From positions 62,001 to 87,440 of the IMG/VR virus record IMGVR_UViG_3300005680_000003: a stretch of DNA of 25,440 nucleotides; one strand, given 5' to 3'. Position 1 is the stretch's first letter. Every line of letters starts with the position of its first letter. Shown piece after piece: positions 16,342-23,736 of the stretch. The position numbers and the translations under genes were made by a program. Source of the DNA: an uncultured virus (IMG/VR IMGVR_UViG_3300005680_000003). Its lineage: Duplodnaviria; Heunggongvirae; Uroviricota; Caudoviricetes. The notes below the pieces were generated by a model. The model was given only the letters and a program-made list of their open reading frames with translations, searched no databases and was not told the DNA's origin.

Positions 16342-16371
16342 TTGTCATAGTGAAGGCGCTTGCACTATAGT
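16342..16371 (+). promoter_or_regulatory. SigA-type promoter, copy of the 15904 promoter
   Basis: TTGTCA-N18-TATAGT; shares GCTTGTCATAGT-N6-GCTTGCACTA with 15902-15929. Confidence 0.75.
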
Positions 16372-16509
16372 AGTGCCGTGCCGCTGGGCGAGGGACAGGC
16401 CCTCACCCCCCAACACAACTGAATCGTCCCGGGTCCGGGGACGAGAATTGCGGGCCCCGATCAGTCCCCCGGCACCAGGCCGAGAGACCCAGCCCCCGAG
16501 GGGCGAGCC

Positions 16510-16839
16510 ATGTCCGTTCACATCGCCACCGACCCGAACCACCTAGACGCACTCTGCGAGTGGGAGACCTACACCGTCGCCATGGCAGTCACCGGGTGGG
16601 ACACCACCTGTGTCATCATCCGTCAGGCACGGACCCCGTCCCGGCTGCGGTGCGCCGACATGGACGGCGACGACGTGTGGTGGACCGAGGCCGGCACCCA
16701 CACTAGCGAGGTCGTCGCCATCACCTGCGGCGACCTCTCCGAGCTGGACCTGTTCGCATGGGCCAGCGAGCACGGCGTCGACCTCGACCGGATGCAGTGG
16801 CAGGACCACCAGGCCGGCCCGGCAGGAGCCCAGTCGTGA
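16510..16839 (+). CDS. Acidic hypothetical protein
   Basis: ATG with GAGGGG RBS downstream of the promoter; GC3-rich frame. Confidence 0.7.
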   Translation: MSVHIATDPNHLDALCEWETYTVAMAVTGWDTTCVIIRQARTPSRLRCADMDGDDVWWTEAGTHTSEVVAITCGDLSELDLFAWASEHGVDLDRMQWQDHQAGPAGAQS

Positions 16840-17458
16840 CCATGGTCCACGCGGCGAGGAGAGCGCCGACCACCATGGCAGCGATCACCGGCCACGGCAC
16901 CCCCAGGTCGACACGGACGGCGTCCAGGCCGGCCCACACTGCGGCCGCCCACGGCACCCCCAGCCAGGACAGGACCGCTGCCGCGAGAGCCGGCGCGAAC
17001 ACCAGCCACGTCGCGACCCGCTCTGTCCAGCCACCGGACCGGAACCAGCCGAGGCCGTGATACCCACGGTTGGGGCTCCTGATCGGGATGCCGGGGCCGT
17101 CCGTGCCATGGACCCGTCGGCCGAACGCCCAGTCCCCCGCAAGGTGCGTGAACCAACCGGCGGTGTACGCGAGCCACACCCACCACAGGGAAACCCCGAG
17201 CAGCCACCCCACGGCGAGGACGACCACCATCCCGGCGGCCGCGGCCCGGGCCAGCCACCGCCAGTAGTGCGTCCCCCGTCGGTGCGCCCACACCCCCCGC
17301 CCCTTGAGCCACTGGTCGACGTCGGGTGAGGTGATCCCGGTCGCGCCGGCCGCAGACGCCGCGATCGCGGTCAGGCCCTGTCCCGGGTCGAGGGTCAGTG
17401 CCCACGCGATGCATGCCCCGGTCAGGGCGCCGGTGACGGCGTGCCCGTCCCGGTACAT
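16721..17458 (-). CDS. YdjM-like membrane-bound metal-dependent hydrolase
   Basis: H near N-terminus, SPDVD, HRRGTH, THLAGD, GIP motifs with TM segments; TGATG overlap with upstream gene. Confidence 0.8.
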   Translation of the reverse strand: MYRDGHAVTGALTGACIAWALTLDPGQGLTAIAASAAGATGITSPDVDQWLKGRGVWAHRRGTHYWRWLARAAAAGMVVVLAVGWLLGVSLWWVWLAYTAGWFTHLAGDWAFGRRVHGTDGPGIPIRSPNRGYHGLGWFRSGGWTERVATWLVFAPALAAAVLSWLGVPWAAAVWAGLDAVRVDLGVPWPVIAAMVVGALLAAWTMVTTGLLPGRPGGPATASGRGRRRARWPMRTGPARRGRRR

Positions 17459-18324
17459 CAGCCGTTGACGACGTGCGGGCGGCGCGCGGCCTTGAGGTCC
17501 TCACCGACCCGGGACCGGGACACCCCGGTCGCTTCGGCCCACTCCCGGACCGACCAGTCGGGGTGGTGGGCCAGGTGGGTGCGCAGCCATTCGACACGGT
17601 CCGCGGGGGCCATCCCGGCAACGTCCGGGTACCTCGTCCCAGCCGTGGGACGGGCGGTGTCCCGGCGTCGGGTCGTCCCGGTCGCCTTGCGGGGACGGGA
17701 CGGGGTGTCCCGGGTCGCCGCGATCCGGGTGTCCCGGTCGGCGGCGATCCGCGCGAGCTCGGCCTCGTGATCGCGTTGGGCGCGGGCCTCCTCCGCGTCC
17801 CGCCACGCCTGCTCACGGGCTGCGCGGGCCGTGACCTCCCGGTCTGCTTCGGCCTGTGCCCGGGCACGCTCGGCGGCCGCCTCAGCGGCCGCGGCAGCGG
17901 CGGCCCGCTCACGGGCGGCAGCTGCCGCGGCCACGTCCCGGGCCCGGGCCGCCTCGAGCATCGCCAGGCGCGCCGCCCGCTCGACCCGGTAGACGATGGT
18001 GACGACCAGGCCGGCGACGACCCCCGCGAGGACTGCGTGCGCGGCCAGCCACTGCGGTTCGCTCGGACGGGCGTCGGGGGCCTGCGTGGCGAGGTGGACA
18101 GCGCCGGCTGTCACGGACACCCACAGGACGGCGAGGGCGCCGCGGATGTCTCGACCGGTCAGGACCGACCCGATCGCGTAGGCGTCGACCATCACCGGGA
18201 CAGCTGCAGCGGCCCACCCCAGGTTCAGGGCAACCCCGGCGGAGTACTCGAACCGGGCGCTGACGACCAGCGCGGCCGCCATCGTGATCCGTGGCAGCCA
18301 CCGGGTGAGTCGTTCGGTCAGCAT
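17458..18324 (-). CDS. Spd/DUF2637-like membrane protein with coiled coil and C-terminal HTH
   Basis: Four hydrophobic segments (SARFEY...VPVMVDAY), Ala/Glu/Arg coiled coil, WSVREWAEATGVSRSRV HTH; directly after traB. Confidence 0.7.
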   Translation of the reverse strand: MLTERLTRWLPRITMAAALVVSARFEYSAGVALNLGWAAAAVPVMVDAYAIGSVLTGRDIRGALAVLWVSVTAGAVHLATQAPDARPSEPQWLAAHAVLAGVVAGLVVTIVYRVERAARLAMLEAARARDVAAAAAARERAAAAAAAEAAAERARAQAEADREVTARAAREQAWRDAEEARAQRDHEAELARIAADRDTRIAATRDTPSRPRKATGTTRRRDTARPTAGTRYPDVAGMAPADRVEWLRTHLAHHPDWSVREWAEATGVSRSRVGEDLKAARRPHVVNG

Positions 18325-20486
18325 TCCTCGGCTCCGTGGTCGTTGCTGGTGGCGGCCGGAACACGGGCCGGCACAGAGGCCGGCACAGAGGCCGGAACGG
18401 GGGCCGGAACACCGTCGCGGCGGGGTCGGAGCGGAACCACCTGTGCCAGCCCCTGTTCCACCCCTGTTCCGGGGGGTGTTCCGGCCCCTGTTCCGGGGGG
18501 TGTTCCGGGGCTGCTACCTGTCGCAGCAGTCAGCAACGCGGCCAGGGTGTACCCCCGGGGAGTGTCTGGCCCGACCCGGAACTTGACCGGGCGGACCCCG
18601 AACCCTCGCATCAGGTCAGCCAGTCCCTGCTCATCGGTGGGCAACTGCACGCCCTGCGGAAGCACCTCGGGCTGTGCGGTCACCGCGGCGAGAAGAGCAC
18701 CAGACGGCACACCCTTACCGACCTCCCGTGCCTTGGTCAGGGCCAAGGTGAGCAGCGGCGGGGCCAGCGCCTCGGCGCGCGCAGTAGCGTCCCGCTGGGC
18801 CATGGTGCGGTCCTCGGCGACCTGGCCCGGCTGGACCCGCAGCGTCTCGCGAAGCGCGGTCGCGAACACCACGATCCGCTCCGTGTCGAGCAAGGGGTTG
18901 AACTTGTCGCACTGGACCCGGGTGAACCTCTCCAGGTCACGCAGGATGCCCGCGCCGGGACCCCCGAGCATCCGGTCGGTTCGGTGGCCCTGCTTGGCCG
19001 AGTCGCCCCCCAGGATCAGGTTGCCCACCTCGGCGTTCGCCGTACGCAGCGCCAGTCGCATCGCCATCTGCGCGGCAAGCCGCTCGGGTAATACCGCGGC
19101 GGTCGGGGTCTGTGTGCAGATCACGAGGGTGACCCCGAACGCCCGGCCGTACTCGGCGAGCCGGCACAGGATGTCCAGCACCTCGGCCCGAGGCTTGCGG
19201 TCCCACCGCTGGTTCGCGGTGTAGAAGGCCAGTTCGTCGATCACTACTGCGATGGGCCGGATACTGTGCCGGGCGCACAGGTCACGAGTCAGTTTGGGGT
19301 GGAACCCGGGCAGGCTCTTGAGCATTGCCTGGTTGGCCATCATCCGTGCCTCAGCCTCGCGGAGCATGATGAGGAGGTCGGTGATGTCCGCGCCGACCCA
19401 ACGGGCCACGACGTCCCTGTAGGCGAGGGTGTCGACCTCCTTGCCGTCCGCGAGGTAGGTGTCGGTGTCCGGGTCGCAGACGAGGTGCGCGAGGATGCCG
19501 AGCTCGGCGACCGTCTTGCCGGCACCGCGCTGCCCGCCGATGAGCAGGGGGCCGTCCATCAGGCAGACCAGTGCCGGCTGCAGCTGCTCGCCGACGCCGA
19601 ACCGCCACCCGTCCCAGATCGAGGTCACCTGCGGGTGGTCCGCGAGCGGCGGGCGCTGTGCGGGGATCTCACGTGACCCCCGGTCTCTGCGGCGGATCAC
19701 CACGAGGTTCGGGTGGTCGCCCTCAGAGATGTCGAGCACCTCGGCCGGGACCTCGAGGACGCCGGCAACCCGGGTGTGGTTCTGCCGAACGATCTCCACC
19801 GACTTGCCGTGCGGCAGGCGAGCCTGAGCGACCCACCCGACGGCGCCCTCGTTGACGATCGGTGTCGTCGGCTGCACGAGGGCAGCCTGCTCGGGGTGTC
19901 TGATGACGTCGATGCCGCATCCGACGGCGACCGCGCGCTGCACGAGGTCAGCGGTGATCGCTCCTGAACGCGGCTTGAGTCCGAGGTTGTCCAGGACTGA
20001 CCCGTCGTCCCAGGCGTAGACGATGAGGGTGGCGAGCAACGCGACCACACACAGTGCAGCGACAACCGCGACGCACATGGTGACCAGGAGTCCGCCGAGG
20101 GCCGCGGTCGCTGCCCAGGTAACGGCGGCGACGACGACGGGCCACAGCGCGGCCACTGCTGCAGGGCCTGCCTTCGCTGCCCACCGCATGAGGACGGCGG
20201 CAGCGGCTGCGGCAGCTGCGACGACCACTGCGGCTGGACCGTCGGCGTTGACCACACACGCGGACACCAGGGCCAGAGCCCACGCGGCGACCAGGCCGTG
20301 ACCGATCTGGGTGCGGATCCATCCCTGTCGGTCCAGCTTCACTCTGGCGACCATGTCGCCCTTGGTGTCCGTCGGGAGGTCCACGGCGCGTCTAAACTCC
20401 GAGCTTGCCTTGATCAGGTTTCGGGCGCCGTGGCGGAGTTGCCCGGCCAGGGTGCGCGGCGGTGCCGCTTTGGCTGTGACAGTCAC
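18318..20486 (-). CDS. traB: FtsK/SpoIIIE-family conjugative DNA translocase (TraB-like)
   Basis: N-terminal TM helices, Walker A GGQRGAGKT, DGK, Walker B IAVVIDE, GRAFGV...TQTP, C-terminal wHTH (LADLMRGFGVRPVKFRVGPDTPRGYT). Confidence 0.9.
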   Translation of the reverse strand: MTVTAKAAPPRTLAGQLRHGARNLIKASSEFRRAVDLPTDTKGDMVARVKLDRQGWIRTQIGHGLVAAWALALVSACVVNADGPAAVVVAAAAAAAAVLMRWAAKAGPAAVAALWPVVVAAVTWAATAALGGLLVTMCVAVVAALCVVALLATLIVYAWDDGSVLDNLGLKPRSGAITADLVQRAVAVGCGIDVIRHPEQAALVQPTTPIVNEGAVGWVAQARLPHGKSVEIVRQNHTRVAGVLEVPAEVLDISEGDHPNLVVIRRRDRGSREIPAQRPPLADHPQVTSIWDGWRFGVGEQLQPALVCLMDGPLLIGGQRGAGKTVAELGILAHLVCDPDTDTYLADGKEVDTLAYRDVVARWVGADITDLLIMLREAEARMMANQAMLKSLPGFHPKLTRDLCARHSIRPIAVVIDELAFYTANQRWDRKPRAEVLDILCRLAEYGRAFGVTLVICTQTPTAAVLPERLAAQMAMRLALRTANAEVGNLILGGDSAKQGHRTDRMLGGPGAGILRDLERFTRVQCDKFNPLLDTERIVVFATALRETLRVQPGQVAEDRTMAQRDATARAEALAPPLLTLALTKAREVGKGVPSGALLAAVTAQPEVLPQGVQLPTDEQGLADLMRGFGVRPVKFRVGPDTPRGYTLAALLTAATGSSPGTPPGTGAGTPPGTGVEQGLAQVVPLRPRRDGVPAPVPASVPASVPARVPAATSNDHGAEEC
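18356..18508. repeat. clt-like array of 8-mer repeats in two opposed blocks
   Basis: CCGG(A/C)AC(A/G) at 18356, 18368, 18380, 18392, 18404; TGTTCCGG at 18465, 18477, 18489, 18501 with variants at 18442 and 18454; about 12-bp period. Confidence 0.8.
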
Positions 20487-20510
20487 TGGTGCCGCTCCTC
20501 GAGAGGTGGG

Positions 20511-20678
20511 TCAGGGGCCGTGAGTCGGTTGGTTACAGGTCGGGCACCGGGACCCGGTGTGCGTCCACCGGGACCACGCCAGGGGGTTCGCCCCACATCT
20601 CGGGCAGGCTGAGGCCGCCCCGGTCACGATCCCGAGGACGATCAGCGCGGTGAGCACGATCAGGGCCAGGTCGGTCAC
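20511..20678 (-). CDS. Small membrane-anchored Zn-ribbon protein (55 aa)
   Basis: Not in ORF track: MTDLALIVLTALIVLGIVTGAASACPRCGANPLAWSRWTHTGSRCPTCNQPTHGP; GTGA overlap. Confidence 0.7.
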   Translation of the reverse strand: MTDLALIVLTALIVLGIVTGAASACPRCGANPLAWSRWTHTGSRCPTCNQPTHGP

Positions 20679-20980
20679 GGTTCGCTTCGCCAGGTCGTCA
20701 CGCCATGGCCGGCCCGGGTGATGGCCCGCCCTGGTGAAGCGGGGATCTGATGGACCGTGGGGGCTGGGACTTGGTCAGCGGGGTCGGGTGCCCGGCCGAT
20801 CTGCACGAACCACCCGCCGCGCGGCCGTGGGTCCTTCGCCCGGACGACCATCCGGTACGCCCAAACACCGGCCGCGATGACCATGACAGCCGAGACCCCC
20901 ATGCGGATCGGGTCCATCAGCCAGGCCACCGCAGTCGCGGCTGCCACGAACACGGCCAGGCCACCGCCGGTCGCCTTCAC
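20675..20980 (-). CDS. Two-TM membrane protein of transfer operon
   Basis: GTG 20980 with GGAGG RBS and GTGA overlap; two hydrophobic segments. Confidence 0.7.
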   Translation of the reverse strand: MKATGGGLAVFVAAATAVAWLMDPIRMGVSAVMVIAAGVWAYRMVVRAKDPRPRGGWFVQIGRAPDPADQVPAPTVHQIPASPGRAITRAGHGVTTWRSEP

Positions 20981-21288
20981 CTGTCGCCTCCGGGCTCGTC
21001 CTCGGGCAGCCATGCCACACACACGACGACCGCGACGATGGCCGCGAGCAGGGCACGAATCGTCAGGCGGTCAGTCAGGTCAGAGGCGGCAGCCACGGCC
21101 CAGGTCAGGACAGCGGCGGCCGGCGATGCCGGCGCACCGGTCATGAGCAGGGTCACGGCGAGGACCACGACCACGACCACTGCCGCACCCCGGGGGATGC
21201 CCGGCACCCGGGGGGCCAGGACGAACGCCACGCAGCCCATGCCGAGCCCCGCGGCCACGGCTGCGGCAGTGACGGCGACGCGGGTCAT
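20977..21288 (-). CDS. Small multi-TM membrane protein
   Basis: ATGA overlap; 3-4 hydrophobic segments. Confidence 0.7.
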   Translation of the reverse strand: MTRVAVTAAAVAAGLGMGCVAFVLAPRVPGIPRGAAVVVVVVLAVTLLMTGAPASPAAAVLTWAVAAASDLTDRLTIRALLAAIVAVVVCVAWLPEDEPGGDR

Positions 21289-21710
21289 ACCAGTCGTCCG
21301 TTCGCGCGGCGCCGACGCCTACGGATTGCCTTCTTCCCGGCAGCGGTCCGCTTGGCGGGTGTCCACCCGTCGGTGACCAGCAGCGTGATCCCACCCCGGG
21401 CCCGCGTGGTCGGCGAGGTGACACCTGCCGGCTTCCCGGGTCCGAACAGCAGTACCCGCAACCAGGTCCGCTTCTTCCGCTTGAGGTGCTCGTACAGAGC
21501 GGCCTTCGTCGCCATCGACAGTCGTGACCCGGTTGCTCGGGCCGCCGCGCCTGTCATGGACGGGCCTTCGCGGGCCGGCCAGGTCGGTATCGACCCGCCG
21601 CCGCCGAGGATCGCCATGCTGTGGTCGTCGGGGTTCTGGCGTGCTCTGACCTGGCGTGCTGCTTGCTGCCCGGCCTGGCGTAGATCTTCACGGTCGGTCT
21701 CGGCCAGCAT
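21285..21710 (-). CDS. Basic hypothetical protein, first gene of transfer operon (start uncertain: 21749, 21710 or 21557)
   Basis: ATG 21710 with GGAGGG RBS; very basic C-terminus. Confidence 0.55.
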   Translation of the reverse strand: MLAETDREDLRQAGQQAARQVRARQNPDDHSMAILGGGGSIPTWPAREGPSMTGAAARATGSRLSMATKAALYEHLKRKKRTWLRVLLFGPGKPAGVTSPTTRARGGITLLVTDGWTPAKRTAAGKKAIRRRRRRANGRLV

Positions 21711-21739
21711 CGGCGGCCCTCCATCCCCGTCACGGCGAC

Positions 21740-21820
21740 TACTGTGCATGCACAGTATGTACCTTGTCGGTGAGGTTCCGACATCGATGCAGGTCGCCGG
21801 TGTGCACGCATGGTGCACAC
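21740..21820. promoter_or_regulatory. Putative GntR operators in divergent control region
   Basis: Perfect palindrome TACTGTGCATGCACAGTA (21740-21757) and GTGTGCAC-N5-GTGCACAC (21800-21820); shared half-site TGTGCA. Confidence 0.65.
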
Positions 21821-21828
21821 TTGGGCTC

Positions 21829-22149
21829 GTGGAGCCCACGCCCCCGATGTACCGGCGGATCGCGGACGCGTTGATAGCCGACATCAGGGCCGGCACTCAC
21901 CAAGCCGGGGGGCAGCTGCCGTCGCTGACGCAACTCAACAGCCGGCATGGTGTGTCGTCGTCGTCGTCGCGGAAGGCCTACGACGTCCTGGTGTCCGAGG
22001 GGTGGGTCAGGTCCGTGCCAGGAGCCGGGTACTTTGTCGCGGACGACGCACCCGGCGGTGACCGTCACGGCCCACGGTGGCTGGACCACGAGCGGCGGAT
22101 CACTGCACTAGAGGAGCGGGTGCGCGCGCTCACCCGGCGCAACGAGTAG
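21829..22149 (+). CDS. GntR-family wHTH repressor (KorA/KorSA/TraR-like role)
   Basis: PMYRRIADALIADIRAG...GGQLPSLTQL...HGVS....RKAYDVLVSEGWVRSVPGAGYFV; short coiled-coil tail. Confidence 0.9.
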   Translation: MEPTPPMYRRIADALIADIRAGTHQAGGQLPSLTQLNSRHGVSSSSSRKAYDVLVSEGWVRSVPGAGYFVADDAPGGDRHGPRWLDHERRITALEERVRALTRRNE

Positions 22150-22177
22150 CCTCCGTCCGTCTTGGCCCCTTCGTTGG

Positions 22178-22642
22178 TCAGCGGTGTCTGCGGTGGCGGT
22201 TGAGCACCACGCCCATGACCTCGGTCCCGGCGGCCAGGGTGTGCCAGTCCGCGGACCCCGGTCCCGGCTGACCCGACATCGCCTTGACCGTGGACGCCAG
22301 GCGCCGAGCGATCGGGTCCGGCTCGCGTGTCGAGAGGCCCTGCCAGCCGTAGGGGTGGTCGCCGACTACGTGCTCAAGCGCGACCCGCAAGGCCGCGTGC
22401 ATGACGTCGACCCACTGATCCCGCGGCGGCAGCGCACCGTCCGGGTCGCTGCCCTTGAGCCACCGGTACAGGGTGGCCCGCCCGATCCGGGCCTCCTCGG
22501 CGATCGCGTCGACCGTCGCCCCGGTCGCGCGGGCCGCGCGGACCGCTTCCCGGAGCTGGATCTCGGCGGCGGTAGCGGCGTCGGCGGCGGCCCTGACGGC
22601 GCGCAGGGCCACGGCCTGGGCCTCGAGCTGCTCGGCGCTCAT
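22178..22642 (-). CDS. HTH domain-containing protein
   Basis: LREAVRAARATGATVDAIAEEARIGRATLYRWL. Confidence 0.8.
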   Translation of the reverse strand: MSAEQLEAQAVALRAVRAAADAATAAEIQLREAVRAARATGATVDAIAEEARIGRATLYRWLKGSDPDGALPPRDQWVDVMHAALRVALEHVVGDHPYGWQGLSTREPDPIARRLASTVKAMSGQPGPGSADWHTLAAGTEVMGVVLNRHRRHR

Positions 22643-22670
22643 CGCGCGGCCTGCGGGACTTGCGCGGTGG

Positions 22671-23189
22671 TCACGAGGCCGCTCCTGACTGCCGGTCCCA
22701 GCGAAGGCGGTCGAGGCGCTGTCGGATGACCTCGGACCGGTCGACGTCCCTGGCGGTGGCCTCGGCGTCGAGGTCGCCGAGTAGGTCGGCGGTCAGGCCG
22801 ACGGTGATGCGGGTGTCGGTGGTCCGGGGACGACCCCGGCCGCGCTTGTGCTCGGCCTGGCCGGTGCAGACCTCCCATCCGCGGATGTGGATGACGTCCT
22901 GCTCGACAGCGCGGGCGATGTAGGTCAGCGACAGCGGCCGGTTTACCTCAGTGGATGCGGCTGGGCAGTCGATGGTGTACCAGGTGGATGCTTTGCCCGT
23001 GCACCTGGTGCGGGCCACGATGGTGCCATCGACGGCGACGACGACGCCCCTGCGTGATCCGGGCGCGCCCTTCCCGTCGTGAGCTGCGGCGGTGTCCTGC
23101 GCCCACTGTGCCAGCGGTCCTGCGAGGTCGGGGTCCAGCCCGGCCCGCGCCATGACGGCGCGGGCCTTGTCGAGGTAGTAGCCGTGCAT
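22671..23189 (-). CDS. Hypothetical protein with C-terminal ribbon-helix-helix (CopG-like) domain
   Basis: ATG 23189 (TGATG overlap); KRGRGRPRTTDTRITVGLTADLLGDLDAEATARDVDRSEVIRQRL. Confidence 0.75.
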   Translation of the reverse strand: MHGYYLDKARAVMARAGLDPDLAGPLAQWAQDTAAAHDGKGAPGSRRGVVVAVDGTIVARTRCTGKASTWYTIDCPAASTEVNRPLSLTYIARAVEQDVIHIRGWEVCTGQAEHKRGRGRPRTTDTRITVGLTADLLGDLDAEATARDVDRSEVIRQRLDRLRWDRQSGAAS

Positions 23190-23578
23190 CAGACGCACAC
23201 CTCGCACTCGGCGCCGTACTGGTCGAGACCGGACCCGCACGAGTAGCAGGTGCCGTGCGTGGCCCGGTAGACGCGGCGGATGTTGGTGCGCAGGCCGAGC
23301 GCTGCGCCGGCCTGGGACCATCCGGCGAGGCTGGCGCCGCACCCGCACCCGCACTTCGGGGTCTTGGCGGTGGATGCGGCCGGCGGGGTCCATGTGTAGG
23401 TGACCGGCTGGGCCTGCTCGATGGTGGGGACATGGGCCATCAGCTGGTCCGGGGTGTCGCACCACGGGGTGACGCGGTCGCCGTGCGGGGCCGTGATCGA
23501 GAGGGTGCCCCAGCCGCTGCGGCGGATCTGGTAGCCGCGGGGGAGGCTGGCCTTGATGTCGGTGATCGTGGTGGTCAT
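23189..23578 (-). CDS. Hypothetical protein with Zn-ribbon C-terminus (129 aa)
   Basis: AGGAGG RBS before ATG 23578; CGCGCG, CYSCG...CEVC. Confidence 0.75.
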   Translation of the reverse strand: MTTTITDIKASLPRGYQIRRSGWGTLSITAPHGDRVTPWCDTPDQLMAHVPTIEQAQPVTYTWTPPAASTAKTPKCGCGCGASLAGWSQAGAALGLRTNIRRVYRATHGTCYSCGSGLDQYGAECEVCV

Positions 23579-23614
23579 GGTGTCCTCCTGGGCTCTGTCT
23601 TGCTGACATCTCTT

Positions 23615-23643
23615 ATTAGACAGCATGAGCACTGTGCCGTCAA
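23615..23643 (-). promoter_or_regulatory. Probable leftward promoter
   Basis: TTGACG-N17-TCTAAT in an AT-rich gap; GACAGCA repeats at 23619 and 23649. Confidence 0.5.
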
Positions 23644-23695
23644 TATCTGACAGCACTAATCTTGTCATCAATCCGAGGGTCACTCGACGGGCCGG

Positions 23696-23736
23696 TGTAG
23701 ACAGATCTACAGGGCACATGTAGAGTGCTCTACATG
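23696..23736 (+). promoter_or_regulatory. Leaderless promoter with two TGTAGA-N4-TCTACA operators
   Basis: TAGACA-N17-TAGAGT-N7-ATG(23734); palindromes at 23696-23711 and 23717-23736. Confidence 0.75.

Larger units (their letters stand above)
16721..22149. mobile_element. Actinomycete TraB-type conjugative transfer module (AICE/plasmid-like)
   Basis: GntR repressor divergent from an operon of small membrane proteins, FtsK-like TraB and Spd-like protein; clt-like repeats. Confidence 0.75.

Noticed and set aside
6000..16509. Hammerhead or HDV-like ribozyme in the two leaders
   Set aside because: CTGA and CGAGAA fragments are present, but I could not build the CUGANGA/GAAA core or the HDV nested pseudoknot.
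18356..18508. CRISPR array
   Set aside because: Units are about 12 bp with no unique spacers, lie within a CDS, and there are no cas genes.
17473..19224. Long antisense or alternate-frame ORFs (e.g. 583 aa here; also 9033-10598, 7331-8581, 16623-17912, 5974-7065)
   Set aside because: Shadow ORFs expected in high-GC DNA: Arg/Pro/Gly-rich, no motifs, overlapping better-supported genes.
18318..20486. Chromosomal cell-division FtsK or type VII secretion EccC
   Set aside because: Single ATPase domain in a GntR/Spd/clt context within a mobile element fits TraB; no ESX genes.
3831..23578. Recurrent Thr-rich N-termini (MTTT..., MTNTTT...) as a targeting signal
   Set aside because: ACC-rich 5' ends are common in high-GC phage genes and are explained by low mRNA structure at the start.
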